In this document: positions 1 to 9,039 of the stretch, in pieces | Position numbering within the stretch: position 1 is the stretch's first letter | Layout: each line of letters starts with the position of its first letter | Source of the DNA: Bigelowiella natans CCMP2755 | Taxonomy: Eukaryota > Protista > Cercozoa | Assembly: GCA_000320545.1 (NCBI GenBank) | Contig: ADNK01000985.1 | Location: 1-64,000, forward strand | DNA: 64,000 bases | Direction of reading: 5' to 3' | Position numbers and translations under genes: made by a program | The notes under the pieces: model-generated | Seen by the model: only the letters and a program-made list of their open reading frames with translations | The model's database searches: none | What the model was told of the DNA's origin: nothing

Positions 1-2
1 TA

Positions 3-3000
3 AGCGGACGTGGGGCCGACAAGGCGAGGGAGCTTGTAAGGTAGAGTCTTTGTAGTTATTTTTCTTTTTCTGGTGCCTTGTAGCATGATGGTTAGTTTTT
101 CTCTGTATGATATAGGGAACAAGAAATCACAGTGTTTCTTGTTGCTAGGTCCTGGTAGAGCCTTAGTAAGTATATCAGCGGGATTGTCCTCCCCAGGTAT
201 TTTGTTTATGCAGATCTGCTTAGTTTGATAGTTATCACGAACATTGTGATATTCTATCCTTATGTTCTTGCCTTTTTGTGTGAATCCAGGCTTGGCTGCA
301 ATGGAGATAGCTGCTTGAGAGTCACAATACACAGGTACAGGTTTCGGTATCTTCATCTTTAACTCCTGTAGTAACTGAGTGACATACACTAACTCTCTGC
401 ATATATCTGATAGTGCTATGTACTCAGCCTCGCCACTGGACATAGCAACGACCTTTTGCTTGTTGCTCTTCCAGACAACAGGTGCGTTGCTTAGCGATAT
501 GAAATATCCTGAGTATGATTTACCCGTTTTCTTGCAGGTTTTCCAGGAGGCATCGACGTAAGCTTTAAGCTCAGGTTTGGACGCTGCTTTAAAGGTAATT
601 CTTTTATCCTTTGTATTGACCAGATACTGCAGTAAGCGTACTGCAGCGATGTAGTGTATAGTTCTAGGATCTTGACTGTAGGAAGCTAGACGAGATAGAG
701 TGTAGCATATGTCTGGTCTAGTAGCCACAGCTGCATACATTGCAGCTCCTATGATGGATCTGTATGCCTTTTGATCCACCTTATCATGCTCCTCGTATTC
801 GTCTAACTTCGATCCTGTTATCATTGGTGTTTTTGCTCTTTTCGTAGGCGTGATATCATACTTCTGGGCGAGTCTGGTGAGGTAGTCTTCCTGCGATATC
901 CAATAGTTTCCCTCATTGTCGCTACCAACTCTTATGCCCAGTGTTTTCTTTAGCTCGCCTTCATCGCGAAACTCAAACTTGTCGCCTATTCGCTTCATGA
1001 CAAAGTCCAGGTCTCTCTTATCTTGATATGCTATGCATATGTCATCCACGAAACATGACAATATGATGATTCTTCCTTGTCTGTGCATTATCATTAGGCA
1101 AGGATCGGAATAAAGCTGGACGAAGCCAATGGCGTTGAGATGCTCGAGCAAGGTAAGGCTGAATATTGCACTTGCTTGTGTCAGCCCATAAATGCTTTTG
1201 TTTACCAGTAGGGCTAGTGGAAGGCCACTGTTGTATAGCCGGATTTCCTCAGGTGTCTTCGGCTTCCACCCTTTAGGTATTTCCATGTGTACTTTACAGT
1301 CCATCTTTCCAGTTAGGAAAGCTGTAAGTATATCTATCCCGTGTAGTTTTAGCTTGAGGATAGATGCTATGGCTAACATTATCCGAAAACTATTTAGGGA
1401 CAACGTCGGGGAATAAGAGAAGAAGAAGTCTTCTCCCGGGATCTGCGTGAACCCTCGCGCGACCAGCCTTGACTTATACCGAATGGTATAGTCTACATTT
1501 ATTTTCTTCTTGAATACCCATTTAGATGTAACTAAATTTGTATCCTTAGGTCGCACTACCAGCGTAAACGTTCCAAGTTTTCGAAGCTGGTGCAGTTCCT
1601 CTTCCGTAGAAGGTATCCAATGCTTCTTATCATCTCCTGTGATTGCATCGTCATACGTCTTAGGAAGGTCCTCGATCTCTTGTACTGATGGAGCTTTTAT
1701 GTTCATCAGGCGGTCGTAATAGCTACCAAGTATTCCGTAACGAATACCAGGTACTCCCCTATTTTCTCTATTCGACCTTCGAGGTTTACTTTTTGCTTTT
1801 GTTTCAGGCCCACCATCCTCTGGCAACTCGTCAGTTGCACTGGATGGTTCGGGGGCGTCCGCGTCGGCAGGACCTTCTGGATAAAGGTACGCCAAAGCCG
1901 AATCACTAACTTTGTTTCTCTTCAGCGAAGGAAACTTAAACACTGTGTGGTACCATTTAGTTACACGGACTCTTCTAATTTTCAGCGTCTTCGTGGCGAC
2001 GAGAAAAGTACCAAATCTATCGTCATATCCCAACATACGTACGTATTCACCTCTAGCACCCATACCACCTGCAGGTCGGAGTTCCTTGTCGATGTGGTTT
2101 ACTCCGATGCATCCCCAGGTAGTTAGATTCTTTAGATTTGGTTGCTCATGGTGCAGTAGTTCTTTAGGCGTTTTTCTACCAGGTGTGCTGCGATGTGAGG
2201 TGACGTTGTGGAGATATGCTGCAGTCTGAGCTGCGTAGGACCAGTATCCGACCGGTAAGCGTGCATGTTCTAACATAGCTCTTGTTTTCGCCATGATAGT
2301 CTGTATGTGACGCTCGGACATTCCATTTTGCTCAGGTGTTCGGGCGGTGCTAGGAACCCATTTTATTCCTTCGGAGGTGAGCCAGCTATGTAGCTTTGCG
2401 CTCATATATTCACCTCCACCATCCGATCTGAATTCGTCTATGCTTCCACAACCTGGAAGCTTTCTGATGTGCTTTAGGAACTGTATGGTTTTCTGCGTAA
2501 CTTCGCTTTTCTTTCTCATGAGCTCCAAGGTAACCCACCTTGTTCCTTCATGTACGAATATTACGAAATACTTGTAACCATCCATGCTGTTAGGCATGGT
2601 CTTTACATCAGAGTGAATTCTATTCCACATCCGGTTTTTCTTGTGGATAACAGGTACACATTTTTGCTTCTTTTTGACAGCATCGTCCTCAATCTTTGCT
2701 TTATTCCGATGCTGTTTCATCCTTTCTTGGGCGCTTGGATCAAAGATCGGAGATCTTTTTGTTTTGGCTACATCACAGGCCTTGCAAAAGATCTTCTTTG
2801 GTATTTTTATCGTCTTGGAATAAGGTAAACCTTCTGTAACTGCATAGGTGTCTCTTATCTTATCCGCTGCGATGTGCCCTAGGATGTTATGTGCGTGCTT
2901 GATTGAAGATGGCTGTTTCATTGGGTAGGATTTAAATCTTTGTGTTTTTGTACTTTTGTTTATTTGTTTATATCTCAAATAAAATAGGCCGTCGTCTTGA

Positions 3001-4442
3001 AAGTCCCCGAACGCGTATTCCTCTCCGTTGGCGGTAATGCTTATTCCTTGTTTTGTTCCTTTGTACTCGCTGCCACTCTTAACTAGTCTGTTTAGAGAAA
3101 TCACATTGCCTGCAGCTTCTTCAGAGTACAAAGCTCCTTGTAGAACAATTTTATGCATCTTTCCTTGCTTGTTTTTCGTAGTTAGTTCGACGTCGCCTGC
3201 ATAATCCACAAAGAATCCTGTCCCATCTTTGCCAACTTCTATGTATCGTGGTTGAATAGGTTTCAACTCGTTGAAGAAGTCGCGGTCGCAGAAGAAGTGG
3301 TTGTTGGCTCCGCTGTCGAGAAGGATCAAAGGCTTATGGTTGTACTTCAGCGTGTGCAGGTAAGAATTGTCGCGTGCCATCTTATTAATGTAAGAGGGTC
3401 TTTGGGAAGGGGAGCCATGATCTATAAAAGAATAGTGTTTTCCTTTGTTCTGCTTGCCTTCGTCTCTCATCTTGTTTCTGCATTCCTTTTCCCAATGTCC
3501 TTTCTTGCCACAGTAATGGCATTTTGTTCTTTTCTTTAAGTTCAAGAAATAGTCTTCTCTCTTTTGCTTCTTGGAATTGTCTTGATATGCTTCGCTGTTG
3601 TATCTGTTCTTTCCTTTGTTGAATTTCCTCTTGTAGGTCTTCAGCTGACCCGTAAGTTCATTTAGCCTTTTCTCCAAGCCATCGTACATCTTCACGTATT
3701 TGTGTTCTGCACTGGTGTGTCCTGCATGTTTCTTTGAAGGTTTCTGCCCGTCATCTAACGATCGGGAGTTCATGTGGGAGCGGATCATGTCCACTGCAGA
3801 GTCGAAGGTAACATCTTTCTTGTTGTTAATGACTGTTACTATAGTCTCGTATTTTTCTCTAGGTACAAGTCCTCGAAGTAGAGTGGTAAGAGCTTGATTG
3901 TCGGAGTATCCTTCGTGCTGTGCTCGAAGTCTTCTGATCGTCGAGTCAAGGTCAGAATGATACTTCGTGAAGTCTCCATTGTACTGACCCATGTTTATAT
4001 CACTTAGCTTCGAATAAAGTTTCCTGACGGCTACAGGATTGGTAGGCTCGTACTTCTCCAGCAAGGCTGCTAAGGTAACTGCTACGTCTTTGGGTTTTCC
4101 TTCGAGTAGATCGAAGAATTTATCAGGAAGGGTAGCAGTGAGGAAGAATCTTCCTCTCTTTCTTTTGTTTATCTTTTCTTGTGATCCTCTTCCTTCGGGT
4201 TTAGGGTTGAGGATGTCGAATTGCTCCTGAGAGAGCTTGAGTACTTCTCGTCGGTGAGCGGGGTCGGTGCGTACATTGACTTCTGTCACCTTTCCTTCTG
4301 TTTCTATGTTGACATTGAAGCATGATTCCAAATCCGCTGCTTCAAAGGCGGACATTAGCTTGTACATGTAGGGCTTGTAGTTGCTACCATCGTACTTGAG
4401 GGTGAAGTTTTTCAGCAGGGAGTCTATCTGCTTTTCTGACAT
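3..4442 (-). CDS. Copia gag-pol polyprotein, about 1480 aa, apparently uninterrupted; 3' end truncated by the window edge
   Basis: ATG at 4442 (MSEKQIDSLLKNF). Motifs: zinc knuckle CHYCGKKGHWEKEC (~3480-3522), protease LLDSGANNH (~3300-3323), integrase IHSD...FRSDGGGEY...PEQNGMSER (~2310-2620), RT CFVDDIC (FVDD 1041-1052), RNase H YVDASW...SSGEAEY...YCDSQAA...DNPADILTKAL. The start, protease, RT and final codon positions were checked and share one frame. The track lists no stop-terminated ORF in this frame. Confidence 0.93.
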   Translation of the reverse strand, partial: MSEKQIDSLLKNFTLKYDGSNYKPYMYKLMSAFEAADLESCFNVNIETEGKVTEVNVRTDPAHRREVLKLSQEQFDILNPKPEGRGSQEKINKRKRGRFFLTATLPDKFFDLLEGKPKDVAVTLAALLEKYEPTNPVAVRKLYSKLSDINMGQYNGDFTKYHSDLDSTIRRLRAQHEGYSDNQALTTLLRGLVPREKYETIVTVINNKKDVTFDSAVDMIRSHMNSRSLDDGQKPSKKHAGHTSAEHKYVKMYDGLEKRLNELTGQLKTYKRKFNKGKNRYNSEAYQDNSKKQKREDYFLNLKKRTKCHYCGKKGHWEKECRNKMRDEGKQNKGKHYSFIDHGSPSQRPSYINKMARDNSYLHTLKYNHKPLILLDSGANNHFFCDRDFFNELKPIQPRYIEVGKDGTGFFVDYAGDVELTTKNKQGKMHKIVLQGALYSEEAAGNVISLNRLVKSGSEYKGTKQGISITANGEEYAFGDFQDDGLFYLRYKQINKSTKTQRFKSYPMKQPSSIKHAHNILGHIAADKIRDTYAVTEGLPYSKTIKIPKKIFCKACDVAKTKRSPIFDPSAQERMKQHRNKAKIEDDAVKKKQKCVPVIHKKNRMWNRIHSDVKTMPNSMDGYKYFVIFVHEGTRWVTLELMRKKSEVTQKTIQFLKHIRKLPGCGSIDEFRSDGGGEYMSAKLHSWLTSEGIKWVPSTARTPEQNGMSERHIQTIMAKTRAMLEHARLPVGYWSYAAQTAAYLHNVTSHRSTPGRKTPKELLHHEQPNLKNLTTWGCIGVNHIDKELRPAGGMGARGEYVRMLGYDDRFGTFLVATKTLKIRRVRVTKWYHTVFKFPSLKRNKVSDSALAYLYPEGPADADAPEPSSATDELPEDGGPETKAKSKPRRSNRENRGVPGIRYGILGSYYDRLMNIKAPSVQEIEDLPKTYDDAITGDDKKHWIPSTEEELHQLRKLGTFTLVVRPKDTNLVTSKWVFKKKINVDYTIRYKSRLVARGFTQIPGEDFFFSYSPTLSLNSFRIMLAIASILKLKLHGIDILTAFLTGKMDCKVHMEIPKGWKPKTPEEIRLYNSGLPLALLVNKSIYGLTQASAIFSLTLLEHLNAIGFVQLYSDPCLMIMHRQGRIIILSCFVDDICIAYQDKRDLDFVMKRIGDKFEFRDEGELKKTLGIRVGSDNEGNYWISQEDYLTRLAQKYDITPTKRAKTPMITGSKLDEYEEHDKVDQKAYRSIIGAAMYAAVATRPDICYTLSRLASYSQDPRTIHYIAAVRLLQYLVNTKDKRITFKAASKPELKAYVDASWKTCKKTGKSYSGYFISLSNAPVVWKSNKQKVVAMSSGEAEYIALSDICRELVYVTQLLQELKMKIPKPVPVYCDSQAAISIAAKPGFTQKGKNIRIEYHNVRDNYQTKQICINKIPGEDNPADILTKALPGPSNKKHCDFLFPISYREKLTIMLQGTRKRKITTKTLPYKLPRLVGPTSA

Positions 4443-4617
4443 GTTGTTTCGTTCCTGTTTTCTTTGTTTTCAGTGCTTTGGAGGCTTGACCGAAGATTGG
4501 CTGAGGGAATGCTGTTGTCGCTTTCAGTTCCTTCTTCTGGAAGGATGTAGCTGAAGGGGGGGGGTGGGGGGTTTGCTTGGTTCTTTTCTTTGTTGGTTCT
4601 CTAGCAAGTCCTCTTGA

Positions 4618-4628
4618 GGCTCATAACC
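4618..4628 (-). promoter_or_regulatory. Primer-binding site complementary to the anticodon arm of initiator tRNA-Met (half-tRNA priming)
   Basis: Minus strand GGTTATGAGCC immediately 3' of the LTR end. It pairs with GGCUCAUAACC of tRNAiMet, the Hemivirus-type PBS of Drosophila copia and Ty5. Confidence 0.88.
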
Positions 4629-4778
4629 TTTTAGCGGACTAGCGGTAGCTGTTTGGCTTTTGTGCGCGGGACTGTGCTGTTGATGTTGGAAAGTCAACAC
4701 GCGGTCTCGTGTGCTTTTGGATTCTGATGATGACTTGTGACTTGCGCTGCACGCATGTGCGCATTGGGTTCCGGCGCA

Positions 4779-4891
4779 TTCGCGAAGATTCTCGAATCTT
4801 CCAGAATTCTCTCGAATTCTCTCGAGTGTTTCTGGAAGGTTCTCGAAGCTTCCGGAATGTTCTCGAAGATTCTGGAAGTTCTGAGAACTTC
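4779..4891. promoter_or_regulatory. Heat-shock element (nGAAn/nTTCn) array in the LTR
   Basis: TTC and GAA alternate at exact 5-bp spacing: 6 perfect units at 4779-4806 and 10 perfect units at 4830-4877, with degenerate units between and after. Confidence 0.8.
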
Positions 4892-5075
4892 CATGCGCAT
4901 GTGCGCAGCGCAGCGTGCAGCACGAGTGGACGTGCGCATGCTGCGACAGCTCCTTGATCGTGGGTGGCGCGGCCAGACTCAGAACTTCCATGCGCATGTG
5001 CGCAGCGCAGCGTGCAGCACGAGTGGACGTGCGCATGCTGCGACAGCTCCTTGATCGTGGGTGGCGCGGCCAGAC
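4884..5075. repeat. Perfect 95-bp direct repeat (period 97) in the LTR
   Basis: 4884-4978 is identical to 4981-5075 (AGAACTTCCATGCGCATG...GGCCAGAC). Confidence 0.95.
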
Positions 5076-6485
5076 CGCTGACATAGCAGCCACTGGTTTG
5101 TGCACTGACATTGCGCTGGATTGCTGATCAAGAACACAAAGGATTTGTTGTCAAATCAATCATCACCAAGTCAGGTAGCCACTGGAGATTTTCGAGAGAC
5201 ATTTCAGTCCCACAGCATGAGCATGAGACTTGCATGTTGTGCATGTCAAGCACAAACTTTGCGAACGACTGCGTTTTGGGGCTGCGACGCATCTTTTCGA
5301 ACAAAAAACGATCAAGGCAGAGGCAAGCTAGCTGTGCCATGTCCTCGTGTGCAAAACCTTCCCTTCGCGCAACAATGAGTCGTTGATGACCCACATCGTT
5401 GAGCTCCACCCTCCCACAGGAACAGCAAGTTGTCGCGGCAGACATGTGCAGCAGCAGGGAACGGTGATGAATGGACTTCTTCATGGTGAATTCAGAACAA
5501 AAACGGAAGAGGAGATTCCCAATCAACAAACCGCAGGAAAAGCAGTTGTTTGATGGCTCATTGACACATGATCCAATTCCTCAAATTTCAAGAGAGGTGA
5601 AAAACAGAGGGAAACGGAACGGTGTGATGTCTCATTCTGATCACAATGAAAGGCAACAAATGAAATGTGGCGAAATGTTGAAGTGTCATCAATGCCATTT
5701 GCATTGCAGGAAAGTGAGATGGCATGTTTTCATGATGCCACATGGCCGAACGAATTTTGAAAATTTTGCAAATAAATCCATGGTCTGTTCAAGAAAAATG
5801 AAACACACACGTAGCAACCTGACTGCGAATTGATCAAAAAGCATTGGTGGTGCTCGATTTGCATGACAGTGAGCAACCCATCTAGCCATGAAATGATGTC
5901 CACGTGAACTTGCATTCACCTGTCATGCTAGCATGCCAGCATGGATGTTCTCTCAGAAGGGTGAGAAACATGGACGATTTCAAACATGGCATCTAAATGA
6001 ACCGACACTGTAGTTCAATCTGGTGTCCAATCTGACGAACAGCCAGCAGCACAATCTGAGAGTAGTTCAGGAACTCACTTGCGCAATGTGACCCAACCCG
6101 TGTTCAACCGAGGAGTTGTACCATCCACGCCAGCAGCACACTCCGAGAGTATGGCGTTTTTGGGTACCGCAACAACTTGCTAGATTTGCTATGCAAGCTA
6201 GCTAGCATGCTTCACACGCTAGTAGCTAGCTAGCACGGTCATTTGCACAATCATGACTACACACGCATGTTAGTTGTGTGTGATGATTTTTTCATGATGT
6301 ACTGCTTTGCGACCAAGATGTACACATTCTTCCGGCTTGCAGACAGAGTTCGAGAGCGCTCAATTTCACTGAGATAAATGTAATTTGTTTTCAACATTGT
6401 TTCCTAGCTAGCTAGCGATTCCCTCTAGCCCTTTATGTAGCAAATTTGCCTGCAGCATCTTTCAAGTCCAACTGCTACAACCTAG

Positions 6486-7807
6486 CTAGCTAGTATGACG
6501 ATCAATCTTCAAAATTTTAATCTTTCCACCACCTGCAAATTTTGGATGGTGAAGCTCACTATTTATTTCTTTCCACCTCATATCTAATTTTCGTAACTCA
6601 GCAAAGAATTTTGCATCACTTGCTTTACTTCGGGTTTGATGTGACAAAATAATGCAGGTTTCTCTTTTGTGGTTCGTTTCCTTTCTCCTCTTCGAAGAAG
6701 ACAGAATGTAGTCGAGAGTTTGTACTAAAGGCTGGATTAGCCATTCCACCCATATGACATCAGAAGCTACTACAAAATCTAAATCTGCAAATGGGATATT
6801 TTTAGCCGATTTCTTTGGGTTTTTCCAGTCGAGCTCCTAATAAATTAAATTATGAAGAGGAGGAGGCAATTAAGCAAACCTTACCGATGTAGATTGTAAG
6901 GCATTCATTCATATCATATTTCACATACTCCCCTATACCTCCACATGAAGCGTTCCTCCAGCGTTCTTAATGGCATCGCTGTTTCTACGTGCGTTGATGC
7001 GTAGATTTTTGAGGCTATATTCCAAGTCTGTGGCCCACACCTCAGCACCTCGAAGGAAAATGACAGGAAGGTATAGTTAGTACTTCCATCTTATTTCCTT
7101 CTGAATCTATTTTAAAGCTAAGAAGCTGCCAGCTTAAAATTTATGATAATACCCAAACATGCAGCAGAAATAGCGACAAGTCCTGTTCCAGATCCTAGCT
7201 CAAGGATTTTCGAACCTAGTGTTAATATTATTAATTTTTAAGAAGAGGAGGTACTTCGGTCATTATCCGCCCTCCTCATATTCAACGCAACTGACTCAAC
7301 ATCACAAAATTTCAAAGAGATTCATCCACCCAGCTATAATACCCTTTATTTCTTCGTTTTTCTGAAATGAATGCTCCAGGTATTTTCCTAGGACAACAGA
7401 TCTTTTTCCAAGCAGTAAGTAAGTAAGTAAGTAAGTAGTACCAGCAGAAAAAACATTGGACACTGTGCAGGATCAAAGACGGATGAACAGCATCCACTGG
7501 ATATCATTACATCATCAGTATTGGTAGTGGTTGTTATCTTTTCATAAGAAATACTCCCCTCACAAAATTCAGCATAATATCGGCTACCCGTCCCAAATCA
7601 CCAAGCCCGTGCCATCGTGCCCTGAATTAGCTACTTCCTCAATGATTATTCCAGTATCATGGATAGTGAATTCCCCTTTGGAGAAGTTTAAAGGAAACAT
7701 CTTCCATGGTAGAGCAAGCATTACGTGCTCCGAATTCTCTGCAACACAAAATAATAAATATTACACGCACACGCGCACGCACATTATATACTATATACAT
7801 AATATGT

Positions 7808-7843
<36 letters not shown>

Positions 7844-7850
7844 GCGTGCG

Positions 7851-7899
<49 letters not shown>

Positions 7900-8117
7900 A
7901 TGTGTGTGTGTGTGTGTAAGTGTGCGTTTCGAAGAAACATTTTTTTTCCTATTGTCAATTCTCTCAAGAATATCACTTTTTTAGGGTATCGATTTATCGA
8001 TCGAAGTCTAGTTTCCTGCATTTTACCTTCTCTCCTACATTTTTCACGGTTTTTTATTCGTTCCAAAATCCTTTCTCTCCTTAGCATCTTTGCGTCTCTC
8101 TCTAACGTATAAGTCAT
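6486..8117 (-). CDS. METTL21/Methyltransf_16-family protein-lysine methyltransferase (about 6 exons; start approximate)
   Basis: Spliced reading: GTGLVIWDG|SVVLGKYLE, motif I KILELGSGTGLVAISAA, VWATDL, ELDW, motif II DFVVASDVIW, then LIQPLVQTL...LSHQTR. Stop at 6486. Confidence 0.88.
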
Positions 8118-8232
8118 AGTTGCAATTAAAGAAACAAACTTTGAAGTCGGCAACTGGACATTAAAGTTGCACTTTGATCTTAACCTCCACAAAATAACGA
8201 TATTTAGCTCATACAATAGCAGAGTTAGAACC

Positions 8233-8846
8233 TTGAATTGTTCTTCTCTTCGTATTCTTCTCGTGTTCACATTTGTCGCTGCAAATCTCATCGTTGGATG
8301 TTTCGGGGTTGAGGGACGTGTGATACAGGCACTCGTCGTCTGAAGAAGCAATGGTGGTGGTGGTGGTGGTAGTGCCACAATCCATACTATGATGGTTTGT
8401 GGAGGAGAGAAATGGGAGAGGATGGAGGGGAGTCGAGAAGGGTTTTGCTTCAATTACACTAATACTGAATGTTGCAACCAAGATGACTATAAAGGAGGAA
8501 ATCCCTGCTGTGGTAGCTACAGCTGCTGCCGGGGAGGAGGAAGAATAGCGACAAGTGTTAGAATCTCGTTTTGGATGGATAACGGGGGATTCACGCCTCA
8601 TTTGGGCGTCATTATGATGTTCTTAGAAGCACTGGAATGATGTTACTAGTGATGATGGATCCACAACTTGATGATGAGGAGGAGGATGGATGGATGGATA
8701 CATGTGAGAGCACACGTGCCTGCGACTCAGCCGAATGCACGAACTGCCATAGCAGCAATAATGCCTTTCATTCTGGCCGATTTTGCCACTTTAGGGATGA
8801 CGCGAGTCAAGAATTAACTATGTTTTCATTTCTTCGGCTTGTCTAA
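8233..8846 (+). CDS. Possible small cysteine-rich secreted protein or pseudogene
   Basis: A hydrophobic stretch (LRILLVFTFVAANLIVGCFG) can be spliced to FCFNYTNTECCNQDDYKGGNPCCGSYSCC, with TCESTRACDSAECTNC downstream. No in-frame ATG was found upstream. Confidence 0.25.
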
Positions 8847-9039
8847 GGTCCTTATCATGACCTGAATCTGTTATAAGGTTCGGAACGTGTTAGTTGTTCT
8901 AGTCGCATCCTCGAGTTCCCTGCTCGGAATGTAAAAACCAAGAACGAAGCCATGCTATACCAAATATATCTAAGAAAAATAGTCCTGCTCCTACTACAAG
9001 TACAACAACAACAACAAAGCAATTGTCCCGACAAAGTTG

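Larger units (their letters stand above)
1..5083 (-). mobile_element. Ty1/copia LTR retrotransposon (5' LTR, PBS and gag-pol; 3' LTR beyond the left window edge)
   Basis: Domain order gag-protease-integrase-RT-RNaseH on the minus strand (copia order). PBS GGTTATGAGCC abuts an LTR-like unit starting TGTCAGCGG at 5083. Confidence 0.97.
4629..5083 (-). repeat. 5' LTR (455 bp)
   Basis: Imperfect terminal inverted repeat: TGTCAGCGGTCT at the 5' end vs reverse complement of the 3' end TTTTAGCGGACT (9/12 match). It abuts the PBS. The partner LTR is not in the window. Confidence 0.75.
4420..6110. other. TpA-depleted island 1
   Basis: No TA in 4648-5083 or 5331-5772. Only 10 TA in 5084-6110, 9 of them within TAG or CTA. 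Confidence 0.9.

Noticed and set aside
1-4442. No long ORF over the retroelement, suggesting an alternative genetic code or pseudogene
   Set aside because: The frame reads through under the standard code and runs off the window (next codon begins TA at bases 2-1). Host genes end in TAA, TAG and TGA.
4779-5075. CRISPR-like or telomere-like periodic repeats
   Set aside because: No spacers and no cas genes; eukaryotic context; explained as HSE pentamers plus a tandem duplication.
4524-5127. Several overlapping 70-195 aa ORFs in the LTR
   Set aside because: By-product of TA depletion (no TAA/TAG stops) and internal repeats; no protein features.
4420-6110. Classical RIP or CpG-methylation decay as the cause of the skewed composition
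   Set aside because: RIP raises TpA and methyl-CpG decay lowers CpG; here TpA is lost and CpG is plentiful.
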